A DNA stretch of 64,000 nt from Promethearchaeota archaeon (GTDB lineage: Archaea > Asgardarchaeota > Lokiarchaeia > Sigyniarchaeales > SOKP01), in assembly GCA_048938855.1 (NCBI GenBank), contig JBHLLT010000001.1:224124-288123 (forward strand). The letters run 5' to 3'. Both the position numbers and the translations under genes were made by a program. Under the pieces are notes generated by a model that did no database searches, was not told the DNA's origin, and saw only the letters and a program-made list of their open reading frames with translations. Numbering within the stretch: position 1 is the stretch's first letter; every line of letters starts with the position of its first letter. Below, piece by piece: positions 9,828 to 20,047 of this stretch.

Positions 9828-10925
9828 TCAATAAACACTTTTATCACCAATAATTAGATTATCTTTGCTAATATTCTCAACTTTTACATTACTTCCAATA
9901 ATCGAATTCTGAGAGATTATATTATTAAGAAAAGCTCTAGTTTCTATTAGACTATTTTCAATGATACAATTCTCAATATGCGAATCATTTCCGATTGATA
10001 CATAAGGGCCAACCACAGAATTTATAATCTTTGTATTTTTCCCAATGAAATAAGGATTTTTTAAGAAGGTTCTTTCTACAGTAATATTATTTCTCTGAAA
10101 ATCATCATCTCTAGTAAAATTTTGTTCCAATAGATATTTGTTTCCTTTTAAAAGTTCAGTAGGTCGCCCAAAATCTAACATTCCTTGTTTTAATTGAACA
10201 GCTGCAATTTTGAAGCCTTGATCAACAAGATCTTGTAAACTATCTGTCATATAAATTTCCTTTGACTCATCGGTTCTCTGATCCAGATATTTCTTTAGAT
10301 TTTTAAAAAGTGCGCATGTAGCAGTATTTGAAAATGCATATGGTCCCGCTATAGCTAAATTTGATATCAATTCTTTAGGTTTTTCCACCAATTGTGTTAT
10401 TAAGTTATTTTCATCTACAACTACTATACCATAAGAAGCAGCATCCTCATCTGGAACCCTCATTACTGTGATTATTCCATCCACATCAGATTCCCAAAAT
10501 TTATACATCAGATAAGAATATTCATCTAGGGGTAGCATGTCACCTAAAAATATTAAAGATCCCTCTCTCTTATCTTCTTTTGGGTTTTTTAATTCTATTT
10601 TTTTGAACCTAGTATGTGCTAAATAGATTGCTTCACCTAGACCCCAATAATAAGGTATTCCTTCATCATATCCCCGTGGAACTTGTTCGATGAATGTTAA
10701 TTTGAATCTTTCACCATACTGTTTTTTGATATACTCCATTATTTGTCTTTTTTTATAACCTACAATCAAAATTAATTCTGTATCAGCCTCAAAAGTTTTA
10801 CTAATTTTATTAAGGATATGATCTAGTACCATTTTACCTGCGACTGTTAAAAAAGCTTTTGGCTTATTTAACGTAAATGGGCGTAATCTTGAACCGATGC
10901 CGGCTATTGGTCCAATAATTTTCAT
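9828..10925 (-). CDS. Sugar-phosphate nucleotidyltransferase (glucose-1-phosphate thymidylyltransferase-like, long form)
   Basis: AGIGSRLRPFT..PK and VEKP motifs, C-terminal hexapeptide repeats; start reassigned to ATG 10925 (MKIIGPIAG). Confidence 0.88.
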   Translation of the reverse strand: MKIIGPIAGIGSRLRPFTLNKPKAFLTVAGKMVLDHILNKISKTFEADTELILIVGYKKRQIMEYIKKQYGERFKLTFIEQVPRGYDEGIPYYWGLGEAIYLAHTRFKKIELKNPKEDKREGSLIFLGDMLPLDEYSYLMYKFWESDVDGIITVMRVPDEDAASYGIVVVDENNLITQLVEKPKELISNLAIAGPYAFSNTATCALFKNLKKYLDQRTDESKEIYMTDSLQDLVDQGFKIAAVQLKQGMLDFGRPTELLKGNKYLLEQNFTRDDDFQRNNITVERTFLKNPYFIGKNTKIINSVVGPYVSIGNDSHIENCIIENSLIETRAFLNNIISQNSIIGSNVKVENISKDNLIIGDKSVY

Positions 10926-10947
10926 TTTTTTAATTGGTTTGATTATT

Positions 10948-11724
10948 TTAATAAAATTTTGATTTATCTGAATCAAAAATTCTTTGTAAATATCCGAATA
11001 AGAAGTCAAGACCATTTTCTTCATTAGCTGAACACGGAATAAGCTCAGCAGTTGATCCCATTTGTATAAACACTTCTGATAAATTTATTGATAATTCTCT
11101 AATCAATCCACTTTCTCTTTCACTAGTAGATTCTTCTAGAGATTGAAAATCTTGACTCCAATTCACAACCATATCAATTTGGTCATCATCTAATAAATCT
11201 GATTTAGATAATATATTTATTTGAGGGATCTCCCTAAAACGAAATTGTACAGAAGCAGCTAAAAGTAATGTCGAAATAAAACCATTTGGTCTAAGGACAA
11301 AATTTGAATCAAAAAGAAAGCTAACTGCTCGCTGTATTGACCCAAATCCTAAAACACTTGCTATAAGTGGTCCAGTTTCACGAAAAGCAAAGAGCTCTAA
11401 TTGCCCTGCAGTGTCTACCAAAATCCAATCAGGATTAAATTCATCTATCTCATCCTTTAAATCATCTAAATGGTTTACCATCAAATCAGAAGCAAGGATC
11501 ATAGCACCATTAGGACCTAGTTCATATTGTTCCATAACCTCATCAAGAACAATATAATCTCGGATGTCTATATCAGGAACATACGTTAAAGTCTTTACCC
11601 CTGGATCTAAATTTATCGTAATAGCAGATATTTCTGAATCTCGGTTTACAATATAATCTTTCAATGCACCTGTAAGTGTTGATTTTCCACTTCCTGCAGT
11701 TCCAATAAAATAGTTTAATAAAAT
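10948..11724 (-). CDS. GPN-loop GTPase, probable ATT start
   Basis: P-loop GTAGSGKS lies upstream of the track's start; NLDPG, GPNG, DTAGQLELF and SKSD motifs. Confidence 0.88.
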   Translation of the reverse strand: MLLNYFIGTAGSGKSTLTGALKDYIVNRDSEISAITINLDPGVKTLTYVPDIDIRDYIVLDEVMEQYELGPNGAMILASDLMVNHLDDLKDEIDEFNPDWILVDTAGQLELFAFRETGPLIASVLGFGSIQRAVSFLFDSNFVLRPNGFISTLLLAASVQFRFREIPQINILSKSDLLDDDQIDMVVNWSQDFQSLEESTSERESGLIRELSINLSEVFIQMGSTAELIPCSANEENGLDFLFGYLQRIFDSDKSKFY

Positions 11725-11807
11725 TTTTTTAACCTCAATTGAATTAACAAATCCTAATATTAATTTAATATAGGATTAAAGAAAAAGATTAATAATTCAA
11801 AATAAAT

Positions 11808-12779
11808 TTAATCTGGTTTTTTTAAATCCTCCAGCTTGAGTTGTTTTTTTTGCTTATTTTTCAGTCTTTTAATTTGATTTTCTATTGTTTTTTGTTCTCT
11901 TTCCTTTAAAATTTCATCAGGAAGGGTTATTGCTTTAAGTTCAACTTCACTCATTGGTTTTAAAATATCCCTAATATTAAATTCATTGTTATTATCTATT
12001 GAAGTTTGAAAGATTGACTTCATTTCTTTAATAACTAATATCTTTGCTGAAGGCGCTCCAAGTTCAAGTAAATTGGAATTCGAGGGGGATTTATTTATTC
12101 TTTTTATTCCTGAATCATGGGTTCTTTTAACTGGAATTTGCGGGACATACTGCATGTTATTGAAACTCATATTTTTTAGTATAGCAGCTAAATTTTTAAT
12201 TTGTTCTTCAATATTTTTTAAGGTTTTATTACTTTCATTGATCATTGTTAAAATTGAGACATTCTCAGGGATATTTTCAATTTTTCGTTTTTCATATATT
12301 ACAGTTCTTTTTTGTTCACTTTTGTTAAAATCAGTTTTAATTTCTTCATATATTTTCTCTTCGGTAAATGTACTCTTTAGATCTTTGCTTGCATTCAAAT
12401 CTTCAAATTTAAGTCCCAAATAGCAATCTTCATTAAATTCAATATCAGAAGCTTTAATGATCTTTCTGAAAGAATGTTCAATTCTTTGACCTGAATTTAG
12501 GAATATATATAATCGCAGAATTTTAATCTGGATTTCTTCAAGATTATTAATTAAATCTAAATCAATAGTAAATGCGATTGTCTCTCCAGAGTGATATAAC
12601 TTTTTAATGGATATGAGATATGGAGGTTCTTTATAGTATACTTCTTCTTTTGAAATTTCAAATTTTATATTTATTCGCTTTATATTGTGGGGAAGATAAA
12701 TTTGTTTTTCCTTCTCTTCTTTTTTGAATTCTAAAAAAAGTTTCTTCTCATCGTCCCAATAAACCTGGAACAATTCCAT
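11808..12779 (-). CDS. Hypothetical protein
   Basis: 323-aa ORF; no recognised motif. Confidence 0.7.
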   Translation of the reverse strand: MELFQVYWDDEKKLFLEFKKEEKEKQIYLPHNIKRINIKFEISKEEVYYKEPPYLISIKKLYHSGETIAFTIDLDLINNLEEIQIKILRLYIFLNSGQRIEHSFRKIIKASDIEFNEDCYLGLKFEDLNASKDLKSTFTEEKIYEEIKTDFNKSEQKRTVIYEKRKIENIPENVSILTMINESNKTLKNIEEQIKNLAAILKNMSFNNMQYVPQIPVKRTHDSGIKRINKSPSNSNLLELGAPSAKILVIKEMKSIFQTSIDNNNEFNIRDILKPMSEVELKAITLPDEILKEREQKTIENQIKRLKNKQKKQLKLEDLKKPD

Positions 12780-12981
12780 TATAGCTTGAGACCCTCAATC
12801 TTTAACTTAGATTTTATAACTTTGTGAATTTGAGGATAATAAGCTATTTAGTCTTAAAAAAATGTTGAGATGCTTAGATTATTGATTTTTAATATAATAA
12901 ATTAGAATTTCTATCAATTTATAGAAAATGTTTGCAAAAATCATTATTGCATAAATTAGTTTAATAGGGAATAATCATGGG

Positions 12982-13365
12982 TTATTTTTTTCTTAACTTT
13001 GATAAGTAATAAACTGGTTTATTTAAATTATTTTCAAAATATTCTATTTCCTCATTTGTTTGCTCACCGATATAATCATCAACATCAATTACTAAAATAG
13101 CTTCTTGATCATGCAATTTATTTAAAGCTATTTCCTGTAATCTGTCCCATTCTTTATTTGAAAATTCTTCCTTGTTTAATAAACCATCCACCGAACATAT
13201 ATTCACAAGTTTTTTATAAATTATTTGCAATATAGATTCAATTTTGATAAAGTAATCCTTAAAACGAATTGAACCGACTAAGAATAATCTGCTTTCTTGT
13301 ATTTTTGAGAAATCATATTTTTGAAATTCAGCCAAGAAATTCTTATTTAATCGTTCTTTTTCCAT
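12982..13365 (-). CDS. Small Rossmann-like protein (nucleoside deoxyribosyltransferase-like fold)
   Basis: LVGSIRF...AILVIDVDDYIGEQTNEEIEYF..LNKPVYYL pattern. Confidence 0.55.
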   Translation of the reverse strand: MEKERLNKNFLAEFQKYDFSKIQESRLFLVGSIRFKDYFIKIESILQIIYKKLVNICSVDGLLNKEEFSNKEWDRLQEIALNKLHDQEAILVIDVDDYIGEQTNEEIEYFENNLNKPVYYLSKLRKK

Positions 13366-13402
13366 AATATATTAATCTCAATATTTTATTATTAAAGTTT
13401 AC

Positions 13403-14203
13403 ATGAAAATTAACTCCGTCTATTTAGCAGAAAACTTAGAGTTTTTGAAACAAATTGAATCGAAAGTAATTGATTTAATATATATTGATCCACCTTTTTT
13501 TAGTGGAGTGGATTACAAAGAGTTTTCTGATTTATGGAGTGACCTAAATGAATATTTGAGGTTTATGAAGGAGAGAGTTAAAGAAATACATAGAGTTCTT
13601 AAAAATTCTGGAAGTTTTTACTGCCACTGTGATCCGAATGCTGCATTTGAATTAAAGGTTCTATGTGATGATGTATTTGGCAGAAAAAATTTTAGAAGAG
13701 AAATAATATGGAATGTAGGAAGTGTTTCTGGATTTAAGAGTCAAATCAAGGGTTGGGTACGTCAACACGATACATTATTATATTATTCAAAATCTGATTC
13801 TTTCATATTTAACAAATTGTATACACCATACAAAGAAGAATACATTAAGAAAATGTTCCGGTATAAAGACGAAGATGGACGTCTCTATAGAAAAAGGAGA
13901 GGTGGAAAACAATATTTAGATGAAAAACCAGGCAATGCTATTGGTGATGTTTGGAATGATATCTATTCTTTTCAAACTACTACGAGGTCAAGAGAATACC
14001 TTGGTTATCCTACTCAAAAGCCCGAAAAATTATTAGAACGCATTATTTTAGCATCTTCAAATGAAGGAGATCTTGTTGCAGATTTTTTTTGTGGAACAGG
14101 TACAACATTAGTCGTTGCTAAAAATCTAAATAGAAAATGGATTGGAGTAGATAATAATCCAAAAGCGATTGATTTATGTAAAAAAAGATTAAATAATAAT
14201 TAA
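13403..14203 (+). CDS. Site-specific DNA methyltransferase (N6-A/N4-C, beta class), orphan
   Basis: DLIYIDPPF precedes YPTQKPEKLL and DFFCGTGTT. Confidence 0.92.
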   Translation: MKINSVYLAENLEFLKQIESKVIDLIYIDPPFFSGVDYKEFSDLWSDLNEYLRFMKERVKEIHRVLKNSGSFYCHCDPNAAFELKVLCDDVFGRKNFRREIIWNVGSVSGFKSQIKGWVRQHDTLLYYSKSDSFIFNKLYTPYKEEYIKKMFRYKDEDGRLYRKRRGGKQYLDEKPGNAIGDVWNDIYSFQTTTRSREYLGYPTQKPEKLLERIILASSNEGDLVADFFCGTGTTLVVAKNLNRKWIGVDNNPKAIDLCKKRLNNN

Positions 14204-14297
14204 TACTCATAAATAGTTTTGATCGTTATCAGAGAAAAACATAATAATTCAAGAGAACGCTATAAAAACCAGATTGAGAAAATCTAAATTTTATAGA

Positions 14298-14675
14298 TTA
14301 ACCTTTTTCAATTATTATTTTACTAATACCAATCCATTTCTTAGCATCATCAAGATTTTCTACAATCTTTCTTTTTGGAGAATCTGCTCTATCTAATAAA
14401 ATTTGAGCTTCTTTATCCAAGACAGGATTTTGTGCCACTACATAAGCTGATTTAACTAGTCTATTATTATTTTTTTTAAGGAAATTTAGTATAATTTCAA
14501 ATGATTGAAGATTTAACATTATGAAATCTAATCCATCCACAATTACGGATAACTTTTTAAGATGTCTCGTTTTTTCTTCAAATTCATCAATAAATTTGTT
14601 CGCTACTGAAGGTGGAAACGTACCCATTATCTTTACATACAGATAATGTTTTCCTATCTTCTCAATTTTATACAT
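14298..14675 (-). CDS. STAS/SpoIIAA-like small protein
   Basis: Alpha/beta pattern ending NLDDAKKWI. Confidence 0.55.
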   Translation of the reverse strand: MYKIEKIGKHYLYVKIMGTFPPSVANKFIDEFEEKTRHLKKLSVIVDGLDFIMLNLQSFEIILNFLKKNNNRLVKSAYVVAQNPVLDKEAQILLDRADSPKRKIVENLDDAKKWIGISKIIIEKG

Positions 14676-14796
14676 AATCTAAAAATTGAAATTTATTTTT
14701 GTTATTATTTATATTTACCAATTTAATTTATTTGTTTTATTGTGTTAGAAATATTTAATAGATGTGATAATAAAAGTTGAAAAGGCGATTGAGTAA

Positions 14797-16755
14797 GTGA
14801 AAGAGCAGATATTTAATAAAATCGAGTGGCCATATCCTATTAAATGGAATACACAAAGAGAAATTTCATCTGATATTTTAGTTTTGGGGGGAGGAGTAGC
14901 AGGATGTTGGGCTGCAATAGCAGCAGCTAAAAAAGGGGTAAAAGTAACCCTTGTAGAAAAAGGTGCAACTATAAGAAGTGGTGCAAGTGGATCAGGATGT
15001 GATCATTGGGAAGCAGCAACGACTAATCCTTGTTCCAAACTCACCCCCGAAGAACTTGCATTAGCTATGGTTGAAGATCATAATGGTTATAATAATGGGA
15101 TTTCACATTACATCGAATGTAGAGAAGGATATGATCGACTCCTGGACTTGGAACAATTTGGAGGAAAAATTAGAGATACCGAAGATAAATTTAGAGGTGC
15201 TGATTTTAGAGACGAAAAAACTAAATTTCTATTTGCTTATGACTATGAGAATAGATACAATTTAAGAGTATGGGGAACTACCTTTAAACCAGCACTTTAT
15301 AAAGAATGTAAACGTCTAGATATACAAATTTTTGATAGGACTATGGCGACAAATCTATTGACAAAGAGTGTTGAAAAAAGAACAAAAATCATTGGAGCAA
15401 TGGGAATAAATGGAAGAACTGGCGAATTCTATATTTTCAAAGCAAAAGCAACCATTTTATGCATGGCTCGACCAACACGTATTTGGCTCTTTTCTCCAGG
15501 ATTTCCAGGAATTTCTGAATTCCGTCCCCTCCAGTGTATGGGAGATGGTCACGCCATGGGATGGAGAGCTGGTGTTGAATTCACTATGATGGAAAAATCT
15601 TTAAGAGCTTTATGGTCTGGAGAGCGTAGTTTCCCACCCTATGGGACAGGCAACACCCATAATACTTGGTATGCGTGTTCCATGGTCGATGCTAACGGTA
15701 AAGAAATTCCATGGATTGATAGAGATGGCAATCTGCTTACAAATATTTCTCAACGATATAAACCAGCCCCAAGCCAAAAATTCTTTCTGAAAGGAGGAGG
15801 TGAATCTGATTTTCATTTGTACAAATATTTAGGTCCTGATACTCTTCCTGTAGAAGAACTTTTAAAACAAGATTTTAAGTTACCCTTTTATGCCGATTTG
15901 TCTAATATGCCTGAATTTGAGAGAAAGGCAATATGGGGTTTAATGGTTGGAGAAGAAGGAAAGTCAAAAATACCTATTCTTGATACTTATTCAAATGAAG
16001 GGTTTGATCCTAATAGAGATTTACTTCAGAGTTATGGTGATGGATGGACATCTGCTTCATTTTTACCAAGGGAACGGCAGCTTTTTGGAGTGCCTGGTGG
16101 AATTTTCAATGATTGGGAATTAAAAACGAATTTAGAAGGATTGTACGCTGCTGGTGATCAATTATTTGCTTCAGATTGCGTTGGTCATGCGGCAGCAACA
16201 GGACATTATGCTGGAAGACATGCTGCAGAGTATGCAATGAAATGCAATGAGGTACCAGCAGATCAAAATCAAATAGAATCAGAGAATTCTCGTATTTATT
16301 CATTTTTAGATAAAAATGAGGGTGTAAGTTGGAAAGAATTTAATATGCATATTACAAGAATTATGCAAAATTATTGCGGCGAGATAAAAAGCGAAGAACT
16401 TTTGAAAATTGGATTAGAACTCTTAGAAAAAATGGAACATAATGAAGTCCCTATGTTATATGCAAGAAATCCACATGAATTAATGCGTACATTGGAAGTA
16501 ATAAATATCCTAACTAATGCTAAGTTAATAATCCATTCCTGTTTAGCTCGGAAAGCAAGTTCAAAGCAGTTACACTTTAAAAGATCAGATTATCCTGAAA
16601 TAGATCCACCAGATTGGCATAAATTTATTATAGTGAAACTTGAGAATAATCAAATAACGGTAGGTGAGAAACCTATCGACTATTATGGTTCTCTTAAAGA
16701 GAATTATGAATCATATAACGAAAATTACATAGGAGGGGAACAGGATAATGGATGA
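14797..16755 (+). CDS. FAD-dependent oxidoreductase, AprA/SdhA/FrdA family
   Basis: DILVLGGGVAGCWAA, RSGA, GDGHAMGWRAG, TNLEGLYAAGD and RSDYPE motifs. Confidence 0.88.
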   Translation: MKEQIFNKIEWPYPIKWNTQREISSDILVLGGGVAGCWAAIAAAKKGVKVTLVEKGATIRSGASGSGCDHWEAATTNPCSKLTPEELALAMVEDHNGYNNGISHYIECREGYDRLLDLEQFGGKIRDTEDKFRGADFRDEKTKFLFAYDYENRYNLRVWGTTFKPALYKECKRLDIQIFDRTMATNLLTKSVEKRTKIIGAMGINGRTGEFYIFKAKATILCMARPTRIWLFSPGFPGISEFRPLQCMGDGHAMGWRAGVEFTMMEKSLRALWSGERSFPPYGTGNTHNTWYACSMVDANGKEIPWIDRDGNLLTNISQRYKPAPSQKFFLKGGGESDFHLYKYLGPDTLPVEELLKQDFKLPFYADLSNMPEFERKAIWGLMVGEEGKSKIPILDTYSNEGFDPNRDLLQSYGDGWTSASFLPRERQLFGVPGGIFNDWELKTNLEGLYAAGDQLFASDCVGHAAATGHYAGRHAAEYAMKCNEVPADQNQIESENSRIYSFLDKNEGVSWKEFNMHITRIMQNYCGEIKSEELLKIGLELLEKMEHNEVPMLYARNPHELMRTLEVINILTNAKLIIHSCLARKASSKQLHFKRSDYPEIDPPDWHKFIIVKLENNQITVGEKPIDYYGSLKENYESYNENYIGGEQDNG

Positions 16756-17023
16756 GAAAGCTTATGCGATTATAGAACCAGGAATTTCAAATCCTATAAG
16801 TTTTAATTCAGATATTTGTATTGGTTGCAATAGATGTATGGAAGTATGCCAAGTAGATCTCTTTATACCAAATCTAGAGAAAGGTAAACATCCAATCGTA
16901 TTATATCCAGGAGAGTGTTGGTATTGTGGCTGTTGTGTAGTTGAATGTCCTTGTCACGGTGCTATCAAGCTTAACCCCTTATTAATGAATCAAGTTCACT
17001 GGAAACCTAAATCAGAAATATAA
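16748..17023 (+). CDS. 2x[4Fe-4S] ferredoxin, AprB-like
   Basis: CIGCNRCMEVCQ and ECWYCGCCVVECP; overlaps the upstream stop; GGAGG RBS. Confidence 0.88.
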   Translation: MDEKAYAIIEPGISNPISFNSDICIGCNRCMEVCQVDLFIPNLEKGKHPIVLYPGECWYCGCCVVECPCHGAIKLNPLLMNQVHWKPKSEI

Positions 17024-17142
17024 GAATAGAAGACTTCATTCTTTATCGTTTGATAAAAAAATCATAAATTTATATTAAGTAATATTATTATGTAAAAATT
17101 GTAATCATTTTTAAACTGATAATTATATAAAACATTGGTATC

Positions 17143-19047
17143 ATGAGTTTTGAGAATATTAATGAAGAACTGTCAGAAAAAGAAAGGTTAGAACTTGAAA
17201 AACTTGAAAAAGAAAAGTTAGAAAAAGAAAGGTTAGAAAAACAAAGAAATGAAAATAAACTCTTTCCACATGACTCCTTTTTCATGATTCCTAGTTGGAG
17301 TGATCTATTGGGCTATCCAACCTTGGGAACTTATGTTCATCATCCAGTATCAAAAATAATCTCAGATCCAGTTTTATTTGTGACAGGTTATGATTATTCA
17401 ATTGAGACTTCAAAAGGTACTCTTCATTACCTATTTGGTTTAGGTTATTATTACCTAAAATTTGAATTAGAGTCAGGTAAATATATTGTCGATAACCGAA
17501 TATTAACTGGATTAGTGCTTTCTGACTTTGTTTATGACCACATGGCTACTTCAGCAAATATAACATTAGAAGACGATCGAGATGTTATCATCGCAGAAAA
17601 AGTTATTAAAGTCCCAATTAATTTGACTTATAAATCGGAGAACCATCTATCTTTCATAAAGGGGGCATTAATGAGAAATGTGTTCATTCCTAATAAAGAT
17701 ATCTTTCTGGAGATGATAGAAAGAATCCGTCAAGGTGATTCTTATCAAATTGTTAAAGATGGGCATATGTTGCTGAGTTCACATTGGGATTATTACAATC
17801 AAATTCTAGTTTCTGAAAAGATGAGGCAAAAATCCGATAATTCATATCTAACATTAACAGCGGGAGTAGAAGGGATTACTTTTGCAGCTGATCAACTTCT
17901 AAAGGAAACAATCTCTAATGTAAACTTAAGTCTAATTGAGGGTAATATTGAATATTTGAAAAATGTTTATTCTAATGTTGAGTTTGACCCAATGTATTTG
18001 TTTTCTCTCTTAGAAAATGCCTCGACAATGTTAAGTTCAATTATACCACAAGTTTCGTCTATTAAAAGAGAATTATCCAATTCAAAGACATCTAAACATT
18101 CGATTTTTACATCTGCAGAGGATCGTCTGTATGCTTATGTGAGTTGGCCAGTCCAATTTCAAAGAAAAGCAAAAAAAGAACCTCAGGTTCTAACTAGAGA
18201 AGAAACATACACTGCTTACCTTCTTGAAAAAGATACTCAACAACCTAGTATTAGCCCTGTAAAGACCCCGGATTATAAACAAGAAAACTTTGAGCTTGAA
18301 ACATTAAAATCAAAAAAAGTTGAGTTTAAAATATTACCAAATCCTCCTAAACCCGATGTTAAACAAATTTTAGTATATCTCAGACAAGTTATTAATGAAG
18401 ATTATGAAATGAGAGCTATAGGGCAAGCATTTGAAATCGCTAGGGAAAGTATGAGGCAAATAGGGGTTAGTGCGACCACAACTGAACAGAAAAAAATATG
18501 GGAAATGAGTAAATACGCTAATATATATTTAAAAAAGGATCCAAACCTGGGCTTACCATTAAAAGAAAAGCAAGAATTAATTGAGAAAGTTAATTATTGG
18601 ATTTTTGAAATTGAAGAAGATGAGAGAAAAGAAAAAGAAAGATTAGAACAAGCTCGTCTAGAAAAAGAAAGATTGGAAAGAATGGAAAGAGAGAGAAAAA
18701 TAAGAGAAAAGGAAGAAAAGGAAAGACAAGAGAGAGAACGTCTGATAAGGATTCGAAATGAAGAGGAAATGAAAAGGCAAGAACAATTAGAAAGAAAACG
18801 GTTGCAAGAGATAGAAAAAGAAAAACAAGAGCAAATTAGATTAGAACAAGAACGTATAGAGAAGGAGAGGAAAGAATTAGAAGCTATTGAAAAAGAAAAA
18901 CAAGAACTTGAAAGATTAAGGAAAGAAAGAAAACAAAAAGAAAAAGAAGCGAAACTAGAAGCCAAAAAGCGAAAAAAGCTAGAAAAGGAAAAGAAGAAGT
19001 TAGAAAAAAAGAAAAAAAAGGAACAACTGAGATTGGAAAAACTCTAA
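17143..19047 (+). CDS. Hypothetical protein with long C-terminal E/R/K charged helix
   Basis: Last ~150 aa are almost entirely E, K, R, L, Q. Confidence 0.75.
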   Translation: MSFENINEELSEKERLELEKLEKEKLEKERLEKQRNENKLFPHDSFFMIPSWSDLLGYPTLGTYVHHPVSKIISDPVLFVTGYDYSIETSKGTLHYLFGLGYYYLKFELESGKYIVDNRILTGLVLSDFVYDHMATSANITLEDDRDVIIAEKVIKVPINLTYKSENHLSFIKGALMRNVFIPNKDIFLEMIERIRQGDSYQIVKDGHMLLSSHWDYYNQILVSEKMRQKSDNSYLTLTAGVEGITFAADQLLKETISNVNLSLIEGNIEYLKNVYSNVEFDPMYLFSLLENASTMLSSIIPQVSSIKRELSNSKTSKHSIFTSAEDRLYAYVSWPVQFQRKAKKEPQVLTREETYTAYLLEKDTQQPSISPVKTPDYKQENFELETLKSKKVEFKILPNPPKPDVKQILVYLRQVINEDYEMRAIGQAFEIARESMRQIGVSATTTEQKKIWEMSKYANIYLKKDPNLGLPLKEKQELIEKVNYWIFEIEEDERKEKERLEQARLEKERLERMERERKIREKEEKERQERERLIRIRNEEEMKRQEQLERKRLQEIEKEKQEQIRLEQERIEKERKELEAIEKEKQELERLRKERKQKEKEAKLEAKKRKKLEKEKKKLEKKKKKEQLRLEKL

Positions 19048-19240
19048 TTAGATATCCTTTATCATTATCCTTAAAATATTTAGGATTTAGAGAAACTTAA
19101 GATTCAGAGTATCTTATGGAAAATGTAGCTGAATATAGTGCTAGAAATTAAGTCTAGTACTGATTTAATGGTATATATTTCAGCGTTTAATCAAGAACTA
19201 AACTAAAAACTAGTTTAGCAATTAATGAAATTTAATTTTT

Positions 19241-19432
19241 TTATATTGAAGCATTTTTTGTTTCTATAGTTCCAGCTAAATAAACCTTTTTATAATCCTT
19301 TTTAGATGTTCTCCTTGAGCTATTTTTGGCTCCGCATCCTTCACATATAGATTCTTTTTCCCATTGTAAAAATCCACATTTATCACAAATATATGGATAT
19401 GTTATTCTAAATAAATTCCAATCTAATTTTAT
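19241..19432 (-). CDS. Small Zn-ribbon protein, no canonical start (absent from the ORF track)
   Basis: Hand translation IKLDWNLFRITYPYICDKCGFLQWEKESICEGCGAKNSSRRTSKKDY...; candidate ATA/ATT start after GAAGTGA. Confidence 0.55.
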   Translation of the reverse strand: MKLDWNLFRITYPYICDKCGFLQWEKESICEGCGAKNSSRRTSKKDYKKVYLAGTIETKNASI

Positions 19433-19629
19433 AATAAATCACTTCTGATATTAGAAATCTCAAAATATAAAATACCTTTAGCCTAATTAATTGATTCACT
19501 CAGATTTATAAAGACAACTAATAGTTTAATTACAAAAAGTAAAGATTAATTGGATCTAGCTTAAAAATTGAAAGTTACACAAGCAGAATGAATTATTACT
19601 TTGATCGTGAAATCGAGCTTTCACGAAGA

Positions 19630-19851
19630 TCATCTATATTCGTCCCTCTGTTTAGCAACATAACATATAGTAAACCCAATAAACAACCCTATAAGACCTG
19701 CAATTAAAGTAATAGAAATACTTGATACATCTTGAAATTCTGCTAAATATTCTGGATCCAATACAAATGTTATCACAATCCATCCGATTATAAGACCTCC
19801 AATAAGCCCTATACAAGCACCATAGCAAGACTTTATCATATACGATTTCAA
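19630..19851 (-). CDS. Small two-TM protein
   Basis: Two Gly-rich hydrophobic helices. Confidence 0.6.
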   Translation of the reverse strand: MKSYMIKSCYGACIGLIGGLIIGWIVITFVLDPEYLAEFQDVSSISITLIAGLIGLFIGFTICYVAKQRDEYR

Positions 19852-20047
19852 TCCATTATTAATATAGTTTAAACTAAGAACTATCTATCTTTATTTATTA
19901 TTTACGTAATTTCTTCAAGATATACCAGATATTTGGAATCATTGATAATTATTAGATATAAAATAATTATTAATGTGAAACATGACTTAGGGACTAATCA
20001 CCTTATATTGTTCAAATGACCGTTTAATCGTTGAGAGGATTGAAAAG

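Noticed and set aside
14797-17023. Calling this true aprAB / sulfate reduction
   Set aside because: Family-level motifs only; no sat, qmo or dsr context
18594-18965. Ser/Phe-rich antisense ORFs (also 17088-17285, 12073-12423, 37363-37713, 43998-44378 and other short nested ORFs)
   Set aside because: Reverse-strand or alternate-frame shadows of real genes, with low-complexity composition
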